From positions 1,856,001-1,920,000 of the forward strand of contig CBDBBI010000010.1 of the NCBI GenBank assembly GCA_965202625.1: a DNA stretch of 64,000 nucleotides. Reading direction: 5' to 3'. Position 1 is the first letter of the stretch; each line of letters opens with the position of its first letter. This document shows, piece after piece, positions 61,225-64,000 of this stretch. The notes beneath the pieces are model-generated. The model had not been told where the DNA came from. It did not search any database and saw nothing but the letters and a program-made list of their open reading frames with translations. The DNA comes from a bacterium (GTDB taxonomy: Bacteria; UBA8248). The position numbers were made by a program, and so were the translations under genes.

Positions 61225-62679
61225 ATGACGAACCTGGCAAGAGACCTCTCTTCCCTCATCACGTTGGTGAGCAACGTCATGGAGGCTTACTCCGCCTGCC
61301 TGTTTCTCCAGAACAAAAAGCACAAGAACTACCAGCTCACCGCCTACCACAGCCTGAGCCCGCACATCATCGCCGACGCCTCGGTGGAGGTCGGCCAGGG
61401 CTTCATGGGCTGGGTTCTCGAGAACAACGAGCCGTTAAGCGTGAACCAGTTCGACAGGGACACCATCGTCCTAGGCTATTACAACAGAAACGAGGACATC
61501 AAATCCTTCATGGCGACTCCCTTGCCCTCGTCGGCCAACAGCGGGGCGCTCGCCATCGACAGCAAGAAAAGCTGGTGCTTCACGTCCAAAGACCAGAAAA
61601 TACTCGAGGGGTTCGCCCAGCAATTCGCCTATCTTGCAGACAACGCCCTGGCAGCCGTTCAAATCGAGCACCGCTCCATGAACGTCTCCGCTTTCGGCAA
61701 ATACCTGGCCTCGATTCGCGAAAGCGAAAGCGAAGACCAGTTGCTGAACGCAATATGCCAGACGCCGCACGAGTTGCTTCCCTTCGACGCCTGCTTCCTC
61801 GTTCTCATCGACGAGCAAGCAGGCTCTCCTCGCCTGTCGAAAATATCAGGATTCGGGGAGCTTTTTCCGGGCGAAATCGCCATCAGCGAGCGGGCGAGCG
61901 TGGCGGGATACGTGCTCCGTAAAAAAGAGGCTCTCAGACTCCCCGACCTCAAGAGTCAAAAAGGAACCAAACCCCTGTTCCATCATGACGAGCCGCGCCT
62001 GGCAGCGCGCTCCGCCCTATGCCTCCCCTTGATTTCAGGAGGCGAGATTCTGGGCTGTCTGGGTTTCACGAGCAAGCGGCGCGCGCGATTCGACGCCTAT
62101 TCCCTCAGGCGTGGGAAAATCATCGCGACTCTGGCGGCGGACGCCATCGCGCATCGCCAAAACGAGGCGCGCTGGCGGGCACGCCTGGAAATAGACCCCC
62201 TCACCGGCGAGCGAAACGCGCAACATCTCCTGTCCTGCCTTCATGAAACTATTCAGGACGTGGAAGCCAGGGGGCGTCAACTCGCGCTGCTCAGCATCGC
62301 TCCCGACGATGCGCCGCTATGGAAGGACATGCCCGAGCAAGAGCTCATCCTTCCTCTTTTTCATGCTCTCAAACAATTCGTCAACGGAACCGACGTTCTC
62401 GTTCGCCATGAGGGGCCGTGCTTTCTCTTGTTGTTGAAGGATTCGTCTCAAGAATACGCTGAAACCATCGCGGAGCGCATTATTCATATCGTTCGCAACA
62501 CCCCTTTCCATATTGGCGGAGAAGAAGCCGAAATCACCATTTCGATAGGCGCCGCATGTTTCCCCGAAAACGCGCAAAAACCGAAAGATCTCATCAAATC
62601 ATCTCTTGAGGCATTGGCTTTCGCTCAACGAGGGGGTGCGGCAAATCAACTTTGCTTTATGGAGGGAAATGGACGATGA
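61225..62679 (+). CDS. GAF-GAF protein with degenerate GGDEF domain
   Basis: Two GAF-like domains; DPLTG..N, VRHEGPCF in place of RYGGDEF, and ITISIG.A.FP. Confidence 0.82.
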   Translation: MTNLARDLSSLITLVSNVMEAYSACLFLQNKKHKNYQLTAYHSLSPHIIADASVEVGQGFMGWVLENNEPLSVNQFDRDTIVLGYYNRNEDIKSFMATPLPSSANSGALAIDSKKSWCFTSKDQKILEGFAQQFAYLADNALAAVQIEHRSMNVSAFGKYLASIRESESEDQLLNAICQTPHELLPFDACFLVLIDEQAGSPRLSKISGFGELFPGEIAISERASVAGYVLRKKEALRLPDLKSQKGTKPLFHHDEPRLAARSALCLPLISGGEILGCLGFTSKRRARFDAYSLRRGKIIATLAADAIAHRQNEARWRARLEIDPLTGERNAQHLLSCLHETIQDVEARGRQLALLSIAPDDAPLWKDMPEQELILPLFHALKQFVNGTDVLVRHEGPCFLLLLKDSSQEYAETIAERIIHIVRNTPFHIGGEEAEITISIGAACFPENAQKPKDLIKSSLEALAFAQRGGAANQLCFMEGNGR

Positions 62680-63713
62680 AACTGGATTTCTTGCGCAGAT
62701 TCAGATCCTTGATGGGACCCAACATCGCGATGGACCTGGGAACCGCAAACACGCTGGTTTACACAAAAAGCGCTGGAATCGTCCTTGACGAGCCATCCGT
62801 GGTCGCCCTGAACGCCAGAAACGGGGGAGGCATTCTCGCAGTAGGGAAAAAAGCCAAGCAAATGTATGGCCGAACTCCGGATTCGATTCGGACGATTCGA
62901 CCGATGAAAGACGGGGTAATCGCCGATTTCGACGTGACCAAAGCCATGATACGCTATTTTGTGAAAACGATCGTTCCCAAAAGATCCTTCAGCCGACCCA
63001 CGATGATGGTCTGCGTCCCCTCGGGAATTACCAGCGTTGAAATGAAAGCCGTGATTGACTCCGCCACCCAATGCGGCGCCACGAAGGTGCACCTGATAGA
63101 GGAACCCATGGCGGCGGCCATTGGCAGCAAGCTGCCCATTCATGAAGTGTCCGCCTCCATGATCGTGGACATTGGGGGAGGAACGACCGAGGTGGCCGTC
63201 ATATCCCAATACACCGTCGTGTATTCCGAATCTCTTCGCATGGCGGGAGATGCGATGGACGAATGCATTCAGCGGCATATCAAAAGACGCTGCGGCTTAT
63301 CCCTCGGTACCTTCGACGCCGAGCGCGTGAAAATGGAAATTGGGACAGCAGTCCCGCTCTCCGAGCCGCTTGAAATGGAGGTTTCGGGCGCAGACGTCTC
63401 CACCGGCATTCCCCGCTCCATAAAAATCACGGATGAAGTGGTGCGAGACTCTCTTGACATCCCTGTGAAAGCCATTGTGGAGTCCATCAGAAGGGCGCTT
63501 ACCAAAACAAGTCCCGAACTTGCCTCAGACATTCAGCGGCGCGGAATCGTGCTGGCGGGAGGCGGTTCGCTCCTGAAAGGGCTCGGCTCCAGGCTCCATG
63601 ACGAGATGAGGCTCCCCATTTACAGAGTGAAAGACCCTCTTACCGCCGTCGTTCGAGGAACCGGCTATGTGCTGGACCACCTGAAAGATTACAAGCAGGT
63701 GTGCCTCAACTGA
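62676..63713 (+). CDS. mreB: Rod shape-determining protein MreB-like
   Basis: DLGTANT, EPSVVA, RPMKDGVIADF, EEPMAAAIG, DIGGGTTEVAVIS and GIVL.GGG.LL. Confidence 0.93.
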   Translation: MKLDFLRRFRSLMGPNIAMDLGTANTLVYTKSAGIVLDEPSVVALNARNGGGILAVGKKAKQMYGRTPDSIRTIRPMKDGVIADFDVTKAMIRYFVKTIVPKRSFSRPTMMVCVPSGITSVEMKAVIDSATQCGATKVHLIEEPMAAAIGSKLPIHEVSASMIVDIGGGTTEVAVISQYTVVYSESLRMAGDAMDECIQRHIKRRCGLSLGTFDAERVKMEIGTAVPLSEPLEMEVSGADVSTGIPRSIKITDEVVRDSLDIPVKAIVESIRRALTKTSPELASDIQRRGIVLAGGGSLLKGLGSRLHDEMRLPIYRVKDPLTAVVRGTGYVLDHLKDYKQVCLN

Positions 63714-63735
63714 TTTCCTCCAGCTCGATCCCCCT

Positions 63736-63777
63736 GGCCGGGGGCCGGCCCCCATGCGCATTACCGGACCCCCGGCC
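63736..63777 (+). repeat. GC-rich inverted repeat after mreB (possible terminator)
   Basis: GGCCGGGGG...CCCCCGGCC stem; no clear U-tract. Confidence 0.35.
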
Positions 63778-63892
63778 CCTTCCCTCGCAACGATGGCCGC
63801 AGAGAGATTTCACACGCGGCAACAATCCGCTACAATGACGAGAATCTGAACTCCGCAACCTCCATATCTTTTACTCAAGCAGGAAAACTAAG

Positions 63893-64000
63893 ATGGCTTT
63901 CGCGCAACGGGGAGATTCGTGTTCATTCGAAGCATCTATAGAAGACATGAAGCTGATATACCGGATTTTACACCGGCATATGGGAGAGCATCTTGCGCTG
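63893..64000 (+). CDS. 5' fragment of an ORF running off the window
   Basis: ATG after AGGA; open frame MAFAQRGDSCSFEASIEDMKLIYRILHRHMGEHLAL. Confidence 0.4.
   Translation, partial: MAFAQRGDSCSFEASIEDMKLIYRILHRHMGEHLAL

Overview
GC-rich bacterial chromosomal segment with mostly housekeeping genes: an amidase, glyA, a tungsten-type aldehyde oxidoreductase operon, two CNNM/CBS proteins, galU, ligA, a complete tol-pal-cpoB cluster, Slt/anmK/nagA peptidoglycan-recycling genes, bioD, class I fba/fbp and an mreB paralogue. Several AT-richer accessory patches interrupt it. (1) A complete, precisely delimited 3410-bp IS1595-family cargo transposon (8605-12014) has 23-bp TIRs and a perfect 8-bp TSD (TAAAAAAT), and it split an EamA gene. 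It carries four passenger genes behind a highly structured candidate RNA leader, and its transposase promoter is a perfect sigma70 consensus with the TIR core motif in the spacer. (2) A zone of decayed genes lies around it (two EamA, one LOG, one EEP nuclease). (3) A type II-like R-M pair has a frameshifted nuclease. (4) There is a Fic gene. (5) A type III-like R-M locus has a Res subunit with an extra C-terminal helical domain bearing a HEPN-like RNxxxxH motif, and a Mod gene broken by indels confined to an AT-rich target-recognition segment. No rRNA, tRNA or CRISPR array was recognised. All assignments come from motif recognition by eye, not database searches.
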